A stretch of DNA of 64,000 nt from Psammoneis japonica (taxonomy: Eukaryota). The stretch is from contig QPGO01000198.1 in the NCBI GenBank assembly GCA_008632985.1, forward strand, positions 1 through 64,000, in the 5' to 3' direction. A program made the translations under genes and the position numbers. Below the pieces are notes generated by a model. That model was not told where the DNA came from. It saw only the letters and a program-made list of their open reading frames with translations, and ran no database searches. Positions 47,108 to 59,024 of this stretch are shown one piece after another; the stretch's first letter is position 1; the number at the start of each line of letters is the position of its first letter.

Positions 47108-48857
47108 ATGTTGCGTGGTGTTTGGGGAAAGAAGCGTAAGATCAACAACCACAATGGTGTAGGACGGAAGAAGGACGACGACAAGTCCGACAGAAGGAGT
47201 AGGAAGAAAAAGAACGCATCCGTTGAGAAAGATACGACTATGGACGAGACACGCCGTCCCAAAGTTCAACTCTGGGAAGACTCTTTTGCCTATGAACAAG
47301 AACCAAGCAGCCCGTCTGATAATCGATCTGTCAATGACTTTGAGACAACTGAAGCTTTACGACAAGCTCTTCTGTCGAATACGCTAAGTGGGTCTTGCCA
47401 CGCGGTGGATCCAGCGCAATTGTTCTCCGATCAAGCCGTCTTGCAGGAACTCATGTCCAACAAGTGTGCTCACAAAGGTGATGATGCGAAGACTACAGAG
47501 ATCGATGTAAAGGACATGGATCAGAGTTTGGATTGGATTTTGGAAAATTACGACGCGCAAACCACCGCCGAGCAGTCGGTCGACCACGAGCTCCGGAGGT
47601 TGCTCGTTCTTAAATCATACCTGGTGTTGGATACCAAGCGCAAGATTTCCTTTGAACAAATCACGTCTCGTGCCAGCAAACAGTTTGACTGTCCGATTGC
47701 ACTTATAAGTCTAGTGGACCTTGGTCGACAGTGGTTCTTGTCCAGCCGGGGTCTTGGAGAAGTGCGTGAAACCACGAGAAAGTTGTCCTTTTGCGCACAC
47801 GCAATAATGTCCAAAAACGACGAGTGCCTCGTGGTTCCGGATGCCACCCAGGACTTTCGATTCAAAGATCATCCCTTGGTGACGGGGCCGCCGGAAATTC
47901 GCTTCTATGCGGGAGCTCCTCTCTTATCTCCCGAAGGACACAAGTTGGGAACTGTGTGTGTGGTTCATCACGAGACGAAAAGCTTTAGTACAGAGGAACA
48001 AGAGATTCTCAAGGACTTGGCGGCAGAGGCGGTGGACGTTCTGGTGGATCACCGACGAATGATGTCGGTGTGGTTCAACAACCTCGTGAAAACGAAATTC
48101 CCGCAGTTTGACATGCCCGAGTTGGTAGACGTGAGCGACGACGACGAATCTCTGCACAGTCGTGACGACCAAGACGACATGGAGATGACCCAAGACCATG
48201 ACGTCGCTGTTTTCCTGGAAATTACCAAGCGCATGTCCTTGAAGAATTTAATCTTTTTGTTGCAGAGCCAGGCTAGGGCACAGAACCTGGCGCCCGAGTA
48301 CGTGCAACCGCAACAAGTAGTTGAGTTAGAAACGAGAACAGAGACCGAGCCCCAGCCTGAGCCTGAGCCTGAGACCAAACAGAAGCGGGTTCGGTTTGCC
48401 AAGTTGGAAACGGACGATACCACAGTACGCTCAGAGGTTCATCACGTCGAGACAGTTAAGCACGTCAAGAATTGTGGTGGAGCCCCGAAGAAACGCAACG
48501 CATTCGTCAGCAAGCTGCAAATGCCGTGCAACACTATCGCAGTCATCAACCGCAATACACGCAGTCGGTCGAGATTGTAGCAAAAGGCACAGCACCGTCA
48601 GAATGTGTCGAAGATCACTTGCGGCGATTGACCGAGGATCGAGTGGCGCGTGGGTTCGAGTCGCATATCGTGGGTCTGCTGAGCAGCCGCCGACAAGCCG
48701 TCAGAAGCGCGGTCCTGGAAGAGCAAGCGAATGCAAACAGGCAGGTGACGATTTGGAAACGATTTCTTACTGTTTGCGAGAACAATCGCTTCTCCACAGC
48801 CAATTGTCTACCCGTTTTGCAGAGGCAATGGGAGAGTGTGACCAAGTGAATGCTTGA
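47108..48857 (+). CDS. GAF-domain protein; two apparent 1-nt frameshifts (~48468, ~48731) in the C-terminal part
   Basis: GAF motifs PIALISLVD..RQWF, SFCAHAI, VVPDATQDFRF..HPLV.G.P.IRFYAGAPL...G..LGTVCV. The tail RVRF..LWWSPEE..RGFESH..VLEEQ..ECKQ..FAEAMG is split over three frames. Confidence 0.85.
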
Positions 48858-49482
48858 AAGCAACCATGTCGCCGTGGCGGCGTAAACCATTGCTCCGTCG
48901 ATGGGGTCGGCGGTTTAGGCTCTTTAGCTAAACGGAGGTGTGAGGCTTAAGATACAAACCTGCAATGCATGAATTCGATGTTCTTTCGACCATCACACCA
49001 GAATGGCTTTTGTTGGAGAATGGGCTATATGTTGCATTATTTCTACATATGAGATGATGGAATGATTGTTTGGGCATTTATAGTCATGATTTCATGTTGT
49101 GTGACAAACGGGGTACTGGTATGCGCAAACTGTGCATGACGACAAATTAAAACGTAGAGCTTTTGCGCAGTTTTAAGACCCCTTTTTTAACCGGAAGTCT
49201 TGCACTAGTTGTACTATATTGTGTTGTTTCGGTTGGCCAAACCAACATTTGGCGTCTCACAGAGATAGAGTTCTCCTTACAGCTTTGCTATCCAGAATTT
49301 CGGTAAGCCAGAAACGAGTCACCTCTGGGGCCGTACGTACTGCTAGAGTCAAGAAGACTACTTGCTCTGTGTGCCCGTCACCAATTGTGGCCGTACATGG
49401 ATTTTCTTTTCAGTCCGAGAACAGAAAAGCTCCAGACCAGGTAACCGGCACCGGGATAAAGCACAACGATAGAAACGTCCAT

Positions 49483-49928
49483 CTAAAATGCTTCCTCGAT
49501 TGCTTCTCGAATTTAAAATAAATCAAGATCCAGCACTTCATCCAATTCATCAGGCGGGGAAAGCGGGAGGTACAAAGAGCTAATGGGGACATTGAGCTGC
49601 ATCTCAGGAGATCCAGGTAGAGCGGCCCCGTTGTGCGACCGTGGTTTCCAAACTCAATTTCCTGCGCGGGGTTATCATTTACGCCACGCTCATATCGCCA
49701 AGCTTTCATTGTCCTGTGGCCATCTCTGCGCACCGTCGATCCAATCTTAATGACAATCACCTGTTGAACACCATGTTCCGGGTTCTCAGCTGTGTCTAGC
49801 CAAGCCAAAGCTTTAGCACGAACGTGCTCTTCGGTCTCTGAATGTGCCACTTCAACAATGAGATTTGGCCATCGGTTTCCTGAGTGGTCCGCAGCGTCAA
49901 CATGGTTGGGTCCTGGACGAAAACCACG
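49483..49928 (-). pseudogene. 5'-truncated paralog of the Uma2-like gene at 1273..2028
   Basis: FRPGPNHVDAAD.SGNRWPNLIVEVAH.ETE...HRTMKAWRYERG is shared, as is the 3' flank (49411-49480 vs 1203-1270); homology stops at ~49928 where a mutated repeat block begins. Confidence 0.85.
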
Positions 49929-50699
49929 AATTCCATCCAGCCAGATGAGCCGATGCTGCCCCATGTGGGAAGACGGTGCAGGCTCATCCCTTCAGAACCA
50001 TTAAATCAACTGCCACCACTGTCAAGCAACCACTGGCCCATGATCAGGACTGCCACACGTCATGGACGAGTCCGCCAAAACAAGATTCAAATCAACGCCA
50101 TGGCGCACGATGTGCACACCAACACACATCTTTCCACCTTGGGCGGCACAACCTCATGTTGAGGAGTGCCGCCATTCCCACATGTCCTTGTGGCAGCATG
50201 CATGCACTGCATAAATCAGCTCCCCTTTCACCAAAAAAACTGGAAAGTTCTCATGTTGCCTCCCACACAAAATTTCACATTGCTCCAATGATGCACTTTT
50301 TGACATCAACAACCGTTGTTTCCTGCATCATCATGCCCAAAAAACCAAAAAGTGCAAGTTTGTTGGCCATCGGCACAAGCTTTGCACAAAATGCAACTTG
50401 AAAAGGAAACCCAACAAGATGTGGTGGCTCCTTCCAAAAGCAGAGCCGCAATGAGATTGGCGCCAGCACCCTGAAGCTGCACATCCTTCCCCAATGGGAG
50501 CTGCAGCTTGGGCTCAATGATGAGCTTCATTTCTCCATGGATTGCTTCAAATGTTGTCATGCAAATGTTGCCAAGTCCAACTCATTTTTTCTCTTGTCAA
50601 CAAACCAGAGCCATTTGGCTGCTTTTTGAACCACCCCAGCTTGGAGAAACAGTGGAATCCATGGAATCATGTTGTCAAGATTGTGAATGATTGCCTTTT

Positions 50700-51900
50700 G
50701 ATTTGTGAAAAATTTGAACCCCGACTGAGTTGTTGCGTAGATGATGTCATGTCATGGTGTCTTCGTGTGCTTGTGTGGTTGCATGAGAGCACTTGTGTGC
50801 ATCTTTTGAGTCCTGTCCAGCATTGTGCAAAACATGTGATTGACTCATCTCCGATGCTTGTTGTTGGCAGCTCAAGCAGCTTGGACCAGGCTGCAGAAAA
50901 GAACTGCCAGAGTGTGAAGCTCCCTTGTCACACCTTCAAGAGAGACAGCAGCTGATTTGATTGGTCCATGGACTGTCATTGTGCACCGGGGGCACAAGAT
51001 CCTTGAATTTAAAGAAATTGCTTTTGTGTTGGTGCTGTTGCCAGCTTGGCTGAACTTGTTTGCATTGACAATGAGATGTCTTGGCATGTTGCAAACTCTC
51101 TGCAATCTTTGATTGTCTTGACATCCCCACAACCAGGCAAAATCATTGCATCCGCCATCACAAAGGTGGCAAGTTTTTGGCTGGGAGGTGAGTTTCAAAT
51201 GTTGCTCAACCAAGTTGGGGTGAAAGACATGCCAGCTGCTTCACGCAACCCAACAGCCAACGCAATCTGCAAATGAGTGCACAACATGGCAGCTGACATC
51301 TTGTGTGCTCTGTTTGTTGTCCACCCTCTTGAAAATGTTCAACAGGCAACTGAAGTGGTGGACAATGCACCAGCTGCCATGCTTCGTGTGTGATGATGCG
51401 GTGGAACCACACCATGACTGTTCAAGATCTGTGGATGTTTCATCCAGCATGTTGATCTCACATCTGCTGACAACACAGCAGATGTGGCCACCACTCAAGC
51501 CAATCATCAAGTTCTCATCAATTAAAATTTTCAGCGACAGAGTGCAAAGCACCGTTCTTTTGGCTGTCAAGTTGGGGGCAAGACAATGCACCACTCAAGG
51601 TGGTCAATCCCTCCAAGATGGAAGCTCAAACAGCTGCTGAGCTGTTGGGCAGGATGGCAGCACATGTCCATGCCAGCAGGGTTGCATCAACATTGCACAC
51701 ACCTCATGTGTGGCAGAGTGGATTGAGGACAGATCTGCACACCATGGTGTGTTGCGTTTTTCAGCTCTCAGCACCAGCCAAGACAAGATTTTGGTGTGAC
51801 ACAAGTGCGCCAATGATGATTTTGGCCATGTGCATTGCTTGGCTCAGTGAATGCAGACATGCAAATGGCCAGTCAAGTGCCAATTGTCAGATGAACCCAA
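50700..51900 (+). mobile_element. Ty3/Gypsy integrase relic within a TpA-depleted block (~49930-54080)
   Basis: ADLIGPWTV (~50950), ELVCIDN..S.HVA and GGEFQMLLNQVGVKDMPAASRNPTANAICK*VH match rve-core motifs of Gypsy elements. Confidence 0.75.
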
Positions 51901-52189
51901 AAAGTTGCGTGGCTTCTTCTTTCCCACAAGAAAGCCAATTCTGCCTTTGTTTCACGGCCATGCCCTCCACATGGTTTTCTGCGCAAGCTCTGGCACAGAT
52001 GTCGCCTTTTTCTGACGGTGCAATGATGGTTCTTACCTGCCTGTTCAGATGTGTTCCTTTGTCGACATGCCATTGTTCTATGATCATTGACAATCTCATG
52101 CAGTGGAAAACGAATTGCACCCAGCTCTCTTGGCTCAATCGCTCGACGTTTTTCTCGGCATTTTTTGTTCTCGCGTGCAAAGTTTCTGC

Positions 52190-52900
52190 ACAGGTCTCAG
52201 TGCAAATTCTACGTGTTCTGCAAGTCATTTCAGATGGACAACTCGCCAAACTGCCGATTGCTCTCTCTCCATGCCTCTCAAGCATCAATGACCCCCCTTC
52301 TCTCCATTGTCCATTCAAGTTTCCTGTGTTGTGTGGTGAACATCTTCCTGTCGTTGTTCCTTTCAGAAGTTTGAAGAAGAGACCAATTCAGTGTGCATTG
52401 GCCAATCTTCCGCGTGCCGACAAGTCTGCACAAGTTTCAGCACAAGTTCTACGTGTCAAGGAAATGTTTTCAAACAGCCGATCTCCCAATCACTCGACTG
52501 CTCTCCATCCACACCTGCCAAGCTCCAAAGACCCCCCCTCTACCTGCTGTCCTTTTAAGTTCTCTGCTTTATGCAGCGAACACCCTTCCATCTTTGCTGC
52601 TTCCAGAAATGTGAATTTGAGATCGACTCGGCTTGATTTGGCTCTTTGCCTGTTTGCCGATGCTTCCTGCCAAGTTCCCACACGAGACTCAGTGCAAGTT
52701 CTACGTGTCATGAAAACATTTTCTGACGGCCCATTTTCCGATCATCCGATGGCTCTCCATCTGTGCCTGCCAAGCTCCAACAGCCCCCCCTTTCCTCAGT
52801 GCCTTTTTAAGTTCTTTGCTCCATGTGATGAACTCCTTTTTGTTGTTGCTGCTGCCAGAAGTTTGATTTTAAGACCAACTCGGTGGTTGGTGATGTTTTG
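52190..52900. repeat. Three diverged ~240-250-bp tandem units
   Basis: CAA.TTCTACGTGT at ~52203, ~52443 and ~52695; minus strand reads LE.GR..WRA....TRRTC.E three times. Confidence 0.75.
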
Positions 52901-54248
52901 GTCCCTGTTTGTGAAATTTACGGTGTTTGCTCTGTTTCAGATCCCTTCTCACTGTGGAGTGTTCCAACATGGCTTGCTTCAGTGGAATGATCAGATCCAG
53001 TCAGAAGCAAAGAGCCATTCTGTTGCTGTGGTTTCAAGTGCTTTGAAGGTGCTAAATCAATTTGCCGTTGCTGTCTACGACACTGCTCCCAACTGTTCCC
53101 GGCGGGCGTCATCATTTGTTGGTGACGCCCATCTTGGCCAATCGCAGTGCATTCCTGCCGCACACATGTGTGCTGGGGGTGTGGGTTAGCTTGTTGCCAG
53201 AGTTGCAGGGTGGAAGCACAGCAGCACTTTAAATGTAGAATTTTGGTTTTGTTTCCCACAAGAAAGCCGGCTTTGGCAAAAATCAGCAGTTTTGTCCACC
53301 CAGGAGCTGGTCACAGGCCAACAAACGGCATTTGAAGCATCAAATTTGCAGCTCTCACAGCCCTGATGAGAGCTTTTGATGTGGGGTGGGTGCTCCAAGG
53401 CAGGTCAACATGGTGTGGTGTGAAGAGTGTGGGAAGTGCGAGCTGCTGCCTCTGGGTTGGAGCACAGCACATGCATGATTTCATCCTTGATGCCCAGCAA
53501 GCAGCAGTGATGCATTGAGGTCCAGGGTTTTCTTTCCAACCCTTCTTGGGTCTCCCTTTCCTTGCACTTGAATTTGAGTTTGGTTCATTGACTCCATGGG
53601 GTGCGGTGTTCCTCGGACCAAAGAGGTGGAAGAACAAGCGCAGATGGAGCAGCGGTTGCCCACACTCTGTGGTCATGAGTGCCTCCACTGATGCACACAT
53701 GAAACCACCAACACACTGAACTTTGATGGGGAGACATTGGAGAAGGTTCTCCATCAGCGAGCCCTTCCAGGTCTTCCCACCACAACAATTTTGCTGAAAT
53801 CCCCAAGAAGCCTCAGCTGCACCAAGCTGGACATCCTTGCAAAAAAGCCCGCTCTGAGAGGCGGGGGGCAACTGCAGTCGTGGTCAAAGGTGTTTCTGTG
53901 TTGACAGCAGTGCCTCAGTTGCACCAGCAGTCAAAGTCATGTCCTTGTCCACCATTCATAATTGGTCAAGTCACAGTTTAGAGTGTGTCCTGTTCAGAAC
54001 AGACCAGCAACACACGTGCCGGCATACGGCAGCCACGACACACCCTGTGAAGCATCAGCGTGCGACAGCAGACGATTCATGTGCTACGATTGACGTTGTT
54101 GGTTGTTGGTTGAGTCGCAAAGATGCCAATGGCATTGCGATGCCCCTTCACGGTTGGCTTCTCGCTTTTCCTCACTGGTTTCAGCCTCCACAACAGTTGA
54201 AACAGTAGAAGTGCTTCTCCAGAGATCCGAATTCTTTGATGAATCATC

Positions 54249-55044
54249 ATGAATGGGTTCGATCCAACAAAAGATGATGACACTTTGCAAGCAGCGCTGA
54301 GGAACGTTGAGGCGTTTTACGCCCGGCATTCTCGGGTATTTCAAGATTCGCACGGGTTTGCTCATTCCATGGCGGTCTACATCACGCTCTTGAAGCGGTG
54401 CGCTGCTGTCAAATGCCACTTTCTTTTGACGAAACTCGATCAATTCTTCTGGCAGCTCTGCTACATGATGTGATGATCACAAATACTTTTCCGGGCAAGA
54501 CGACGAACATAAGAATGCAATCGAGTTGCTAGAGTCACTAGGCATTTCTGAGACGATGGTAGATGCAATAATTGAAATGATTTCATTGGTCAGTTGCACC
54601 AAAAATGGAAACAATGTCCCGAAGCACATTCAGGAAAGCAATCAGTATCATTTATTGATTCCTAGATGGTGCGATCGCTTGGAAGCGGTAGGGATCACCG
54701 GCGTCATCCGGTGCTTCCAGTATACCAAAGAGCATGGTGGACTTTTGTTCTCAGAGCAATCTCCTCGTCCAAAGACTGAAAACGAGGTGTGGGAGTTTGC
54801 TACACCCGAACGATTTGAAGCATATAGAAGGCAAGGTGGCAGCAGCTCCGACATGATCTCTCACTACTATGACAAGCTTCTTCACATTGCACGTCCTCCT
54901 AGCAATATTGTTCGAAACGCCTACCTGGAGAAAAAGGGGCAAGAGGGAGCAAAGCCTCTGATTGATATCTGTTTGCAATTTGGATTGACAGGGACCGTCG
55001 ATGAGCAAAGGATAGTTGGTCTAAAGAAGGTCAACCCATCGTAG
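54249..55044 (+). CDS. HD-domain metal-dependent phosphohydrolase; two apparent 1-nt frameshifts (~54381, ~54472)
   Basis: Reconstructed DSHGFAHSMAVY-HALEA...LAALLHDVDDHKYF...PRWCDRLEAVG..G..R (H...HD...D). Confidence 0.8.
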
Positions 55045-55597
55045 GAGGCAAGAATTCGCTAACGAACGGAAGATTATTTGCAGGCTCTGCTATTGTAGTA
55101 GCTACAACCTTGAAAGGCGCAGCTTTTAACTTCGTGCGAGTCTACATCATGTCCGATATGTGGGTTTTGTGCTTGTTCCGTTTTCACCCTGCTAACTTGC
55201 AAATGCTGAAACGAAAAGAGTGTCTCATGAAGTTCGCATTCGACATTTCGTTGCGAGAGAGCAGAGAGAACATAATAGGAGCAGAAGCAGTTTGATCATT
55301 GTAAAGAGGGAGTGAGATATTCATTGACACAATCAAAAGCGTACGCAAAGGGTGAGTGGCCATCTACACCGAACGTGAGGTCAAAGACTAAGTTAAGAGT
55401 GAAGATGAAATAGCAAATCGAAACCAGAATGTTCCGATTCCTCCCCACGATTTGGTGGTTTCCGAATCCATTCTGCTTTGCAGACCTAATGTGCATCTTG
55501 GTGCAGATGAACGCTCGTGCGCCCTGGAGAGAGAAGCTTGAATCCTCGCTATAACGCAGACAACAGTGGCAATTTCCCCTTTCGCCAGTCTCTTACA

Positions 55598-56710
55598 TCA
55601 TTGCCAGTCCAAAAGTGCTTTGCGGTATGCGTCTTCCGATCCCAAATCATTTCCACCATCCATTCGTTCCAGCGTTCTTTGGACTCGTTCCGTCAGCCTC
55701 TCCTTTTGTTGTGCATACATCGGCATGACTCTCGAATAAGCACAGAGAAACCGCATATAATCACAATAGGCCAGTTCAAGTGCCGCATTGAATTCTGCAA
55801 GAGTAACAAGTGGCGCATTCATTGACGATGGTGCCACCGCAGCCGGAAGTTTGGATGATAGAGCCTGGAAATACATCTCCACGAGCAAATCATGTTGTGT
55901 AGTATGGTCATTGGAAACCAAACCACTGGTACATAGAAAATAGGCCACATCCTTACACGGACATCCTTGCCCAACATACTGAAAATCGCAGAGAGCCAGT
56001 CGTCCATTCTTGAAAGTAGCATCCCACATTACATTATTCTCCTTGCAATCTCCATGGATCCAGGATTGGAGACGTGTTTGGTGGCACAACCATTCATCAA
56101 TGGGCTTGGCTGCACGTTTCAAACGTCCCTCCCATTCGTGACTCGACATTGTCTTCCACGCGTTGGGTCTTGTTTTGTAATGCCAAAAGGAACCCTGTAC
56201 TCTATCGTTGTTGTCATTGTCATGAGAGAAATAAGGCCGTTGCCAGGTGGCAGCGTGAAGGGTGGCCAACCATTCCAGTGTAAGGTGAATTTTGTCCGAG
56301 GGAGATATCGATAACGGAACGTTTTCCAAGATGCTAAGACTAATGATGGTTGTTTTGACGCCACTGCTGTCAGCTTCTATGAGCAACGATCGCGGCAGAC
56401 TGATTCCATGGTTGTTTCGGAGATCTTGCGAATAGAGTTGATAAAACCGTGCTTCGTTCTCGTAGCTCTCGATCAGCTTTTGTTTGTCACTGACCGCAAG
56501 TCGACAGGACCTGCACGCGTGGTCGATGAATTTGACCACAAATTCATCATCATCATCTTCTGCACTAGTGCTATTCGTTTTCACAGTAACTCGATAAATT
56601 CGACCCATTCCACCCCACAGGCATGTAATTTCGTTCGTCGCTACAGACGTCACCCCGGGGCCCACACAAATTCTGGCGAGACGCAATGCTTCATCGTGCG
56701 ACAAGGGCAT
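55598..56710 (-). CDS. Ecdysteroid-kinase-like / APH-choline kinase family phosphotransferase
   Basis: LWGGMGRIY, YENEARFY, WLATLHA, Brenner motif IHGDCKENN, DFQYVG.G....DVAYFL. Confidence 0.85.
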   Translation of the reverse strand: MPLSHDEALRLARICVGPGVTSVATNEITCLWGGMGRIYRVTVKTNSTSAEDDDDEFVVKFIDHACRSCRLAVSDKQKLIESYENEARFYQLYSQDLRNNHGISLPRSLLIEADSSGVKTTIISLSILENVPLSISPSDKIHLTLEWLATLHAATWQRPYFSHDNDNNDRVQGSFWHYKTRPNAWKTMSSHEWEGRLKRAAKPIDEWLCHQTRLQSWIHGDCKENNVMWDATFKNGRLALCDFQYVGQGCPCKDVAYFLCTSGLVSNDHTTQHDLLVEMYFQALSSKLPAAVAPSSMNAPLVTLAEFNAALELAYCDYMRFLCAYSRVMPMYAQQKERLTERVQRTLERMDGGNDLGSEDAYRKALLDWQ

Positions 56711-57357
56711 TTCTCAATTTTTTGACTGGCTTGGGTTACGGCACCACACGTTTCGAATGAGGATAAGACCTGTTGTCGCAGTTCCCTAGTTTCTTTGCTC
56801 TGCTGATGATGGTATGTTATTATGGCTTGACGGTTGACGGACTTGGATTTTTGTCAGGATCTTGTGGATCTTGTTGATTTATTTGCTAGAGGCTACCGTA
56901 GACTACTCTCTAGAGCTAGTATTAGGTACTGTAGGTGTGACAGATATATAGGAGACGTGAATTCAGTCCCGTCGTTCAACAATCCGCGACCCATGTCAGC
57001 ACTAACATCTATCCCGAAAGCTACTCTAGAGCTAGGTCTAGCTACAGTAGAGAGTAGAGCTAACCTTAGTAGAGCAATTACAACAATGTTCGTCTACTAT
57101 GCTGCTCAGTAGCTGCTGAACCATCTTGGGTTTTCAGCAGGAAAAGAATGACTCCCTGCTAGTACGTGTTTCCATAGTTGTCTTCGTAAAACAAAGTTAC
57201 GTGACGCCTTTCTCTTTCCTCAGTCTCTGCTTACTGGCACAAGGGCATAGGTATTGTACAGCCTCTGCTCTAGACTACTCTAGAGAGTATCATACTCGCA
57301 GCACATGAACAATGAAATCTAAACAGCTTCAACTACCAGCTTATGAATTGATTTTTT

Positions 57358-58295
57358 TTATGGAAACACTTCCTCCAACTTTCCAGTCGCAAGTAGTATT
57401 ATCCACATTATTCCAACCAGAATGCTCAAAGCCGCCGAGAAACACTCGACTCGGAACTCCCATTGTGAATATCGCCCAACCCTTGAACTACAACTTCCAT
57501 ATAGCGCAGCAAAGCAACCCATTACCAATGTAGACGAAAGGCAAAAGCTTCCCAAGTAGAGCGAGGAGAGTCTCCAGTCTCGGATTTGTACGGCTGGAAT
57601 TACTCCCAAAACTCCCCCTGGGCCGGCTAAGCCATGGATAAGTCCAATGCCTACCGAAACTGTTTTCGTAGATAGATTCCGAGCAAATCGTACAATCGAA
57701 TCTTTTATTGACACATCCATATCGAGGGGCTGCATTTCAATCTCCACACGATTCACTTCAACATCCTGGCAGGTTCTTCTGGAAGAATTTTCGTTTGTAC
57801 TTTCATGATCCGCCATTTTTTCATCCTGAACAGTCAAGGGCGCCTCGTCTACAGTCGAATCATCCTCTGATAACACATCTTGTGACGGTCGCTTTTGCCA
57901 AGCTCGAAACACACCGAACACTCCAAGAGCAAGCATGAATACTCCAACCAGGGACTCAAACACGATTGTCACAGTGTGCGGAACTTGCACCTCATCCTCA
58001 TCTCGACTACTGCTTACCACAATTAAAATCATCCCCACGAGCAAAAGCCCGGTCGAATGGCCGATACCCCATCGAACGCCCAACGAAAAGGCTTGACAAT
58101 AATTTCCCACATTGGCACTCAGTGTTGCCAACGCCGAGAGATGATCGGGTCCAGTCAAGACGTGTGCAGCACCAAGAGCCTGTGGTATAAAATGCAAAGA
58201 GTGAGCATGCTTTTTTCGTTGTAAATTACACGTGACAACACAACCGCACGCACCACTCCCGTTCCGATCAGCGACAACGAGGAACTTGCTCCCAT
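57358..58295 (-). CDS. UreH/NicO-like nickel/cobalt transporter-family membrane protein; exons 58295-58254 and 58179-57358
   Basis: HVLTGPDHL, RWGIGHS and G.IHGLAGPGG motifs, multiple TM helices; a GTGCGT..CAG phase-0 intron joins MGASSSLSLIGTGV to ALGAAHV. Confidence 0.8.
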
Positions 58296-58748
58296 GATTT
58301 GATCTCCACTCTTTTCAGAAACAATATCTACTGACTGGTCAAAGCTTATAGTGTCTGTGACTCGTGGACGACCAAAACGAAGCGAATCTACCGCAGTGTG
58401 GGATGGTAATGCGTCTGGAGCTCCCGATGATTCTATTGCGACATCATAGCACGGGCATGAAAGGTTGAGTATCAAGGGATTATCATACCGTACGTACATA
58501 CCGTACCTACACAAGGAAAAAAACCGGTCTGTCCTCTTCCGACCGGTCTGTCCTCTTGCAAGAGCAAACTTTGTAAAGCGACTTTTGGAGTGGCTTCCCA
58601 ATGTCTGACACGTGAACCCAATCTACAAGCATCCGTCAGAAGGTCAATGGAGATCTCGGCGAAAACAGCGGAATGAATGTATGTTGCATCACAGTGCAAT
58701 GGGGGGCCAAAAGCGGCACATCATCGCCACTTTCTAAGAAAAATCTGC

Positions 58749-59024
58749 TGACAGAAATTGAAGGCAAATGGCAAGAATTCAAACAATGACTCCTCACTGC
58801 TGTCTAAATGGCAGATGAGTCTCCGCTCAGAGACCGTTGCAGGAGCCGAAAGACGTGTAAGTCGGTATAATCGGGCTACTGTCATTATTCTTGTGAGCCT
58901 TGTGGCTCGAAAGCAAACTACATCGCGCGTGAACGCGCGGAACTAAAGCACACAAAACTGTGCGCGGTAAACTAAACAGCGCGCGATGCTTCGCGCGCAT
59001 CCAAATCCTGTTCAAATCCTGTCA
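58749..59024 (-). repeat. 3' LTR (~276 bp) of the Copia element
   Basis: Ends TGACAGAAATTGAA / TTCAAATCCTGTCA form an imperfect inverted repeat with TG...CA; preceded on the minus strand by the purine tract GGGGAG (59025-59030). Confidence 0.75.
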
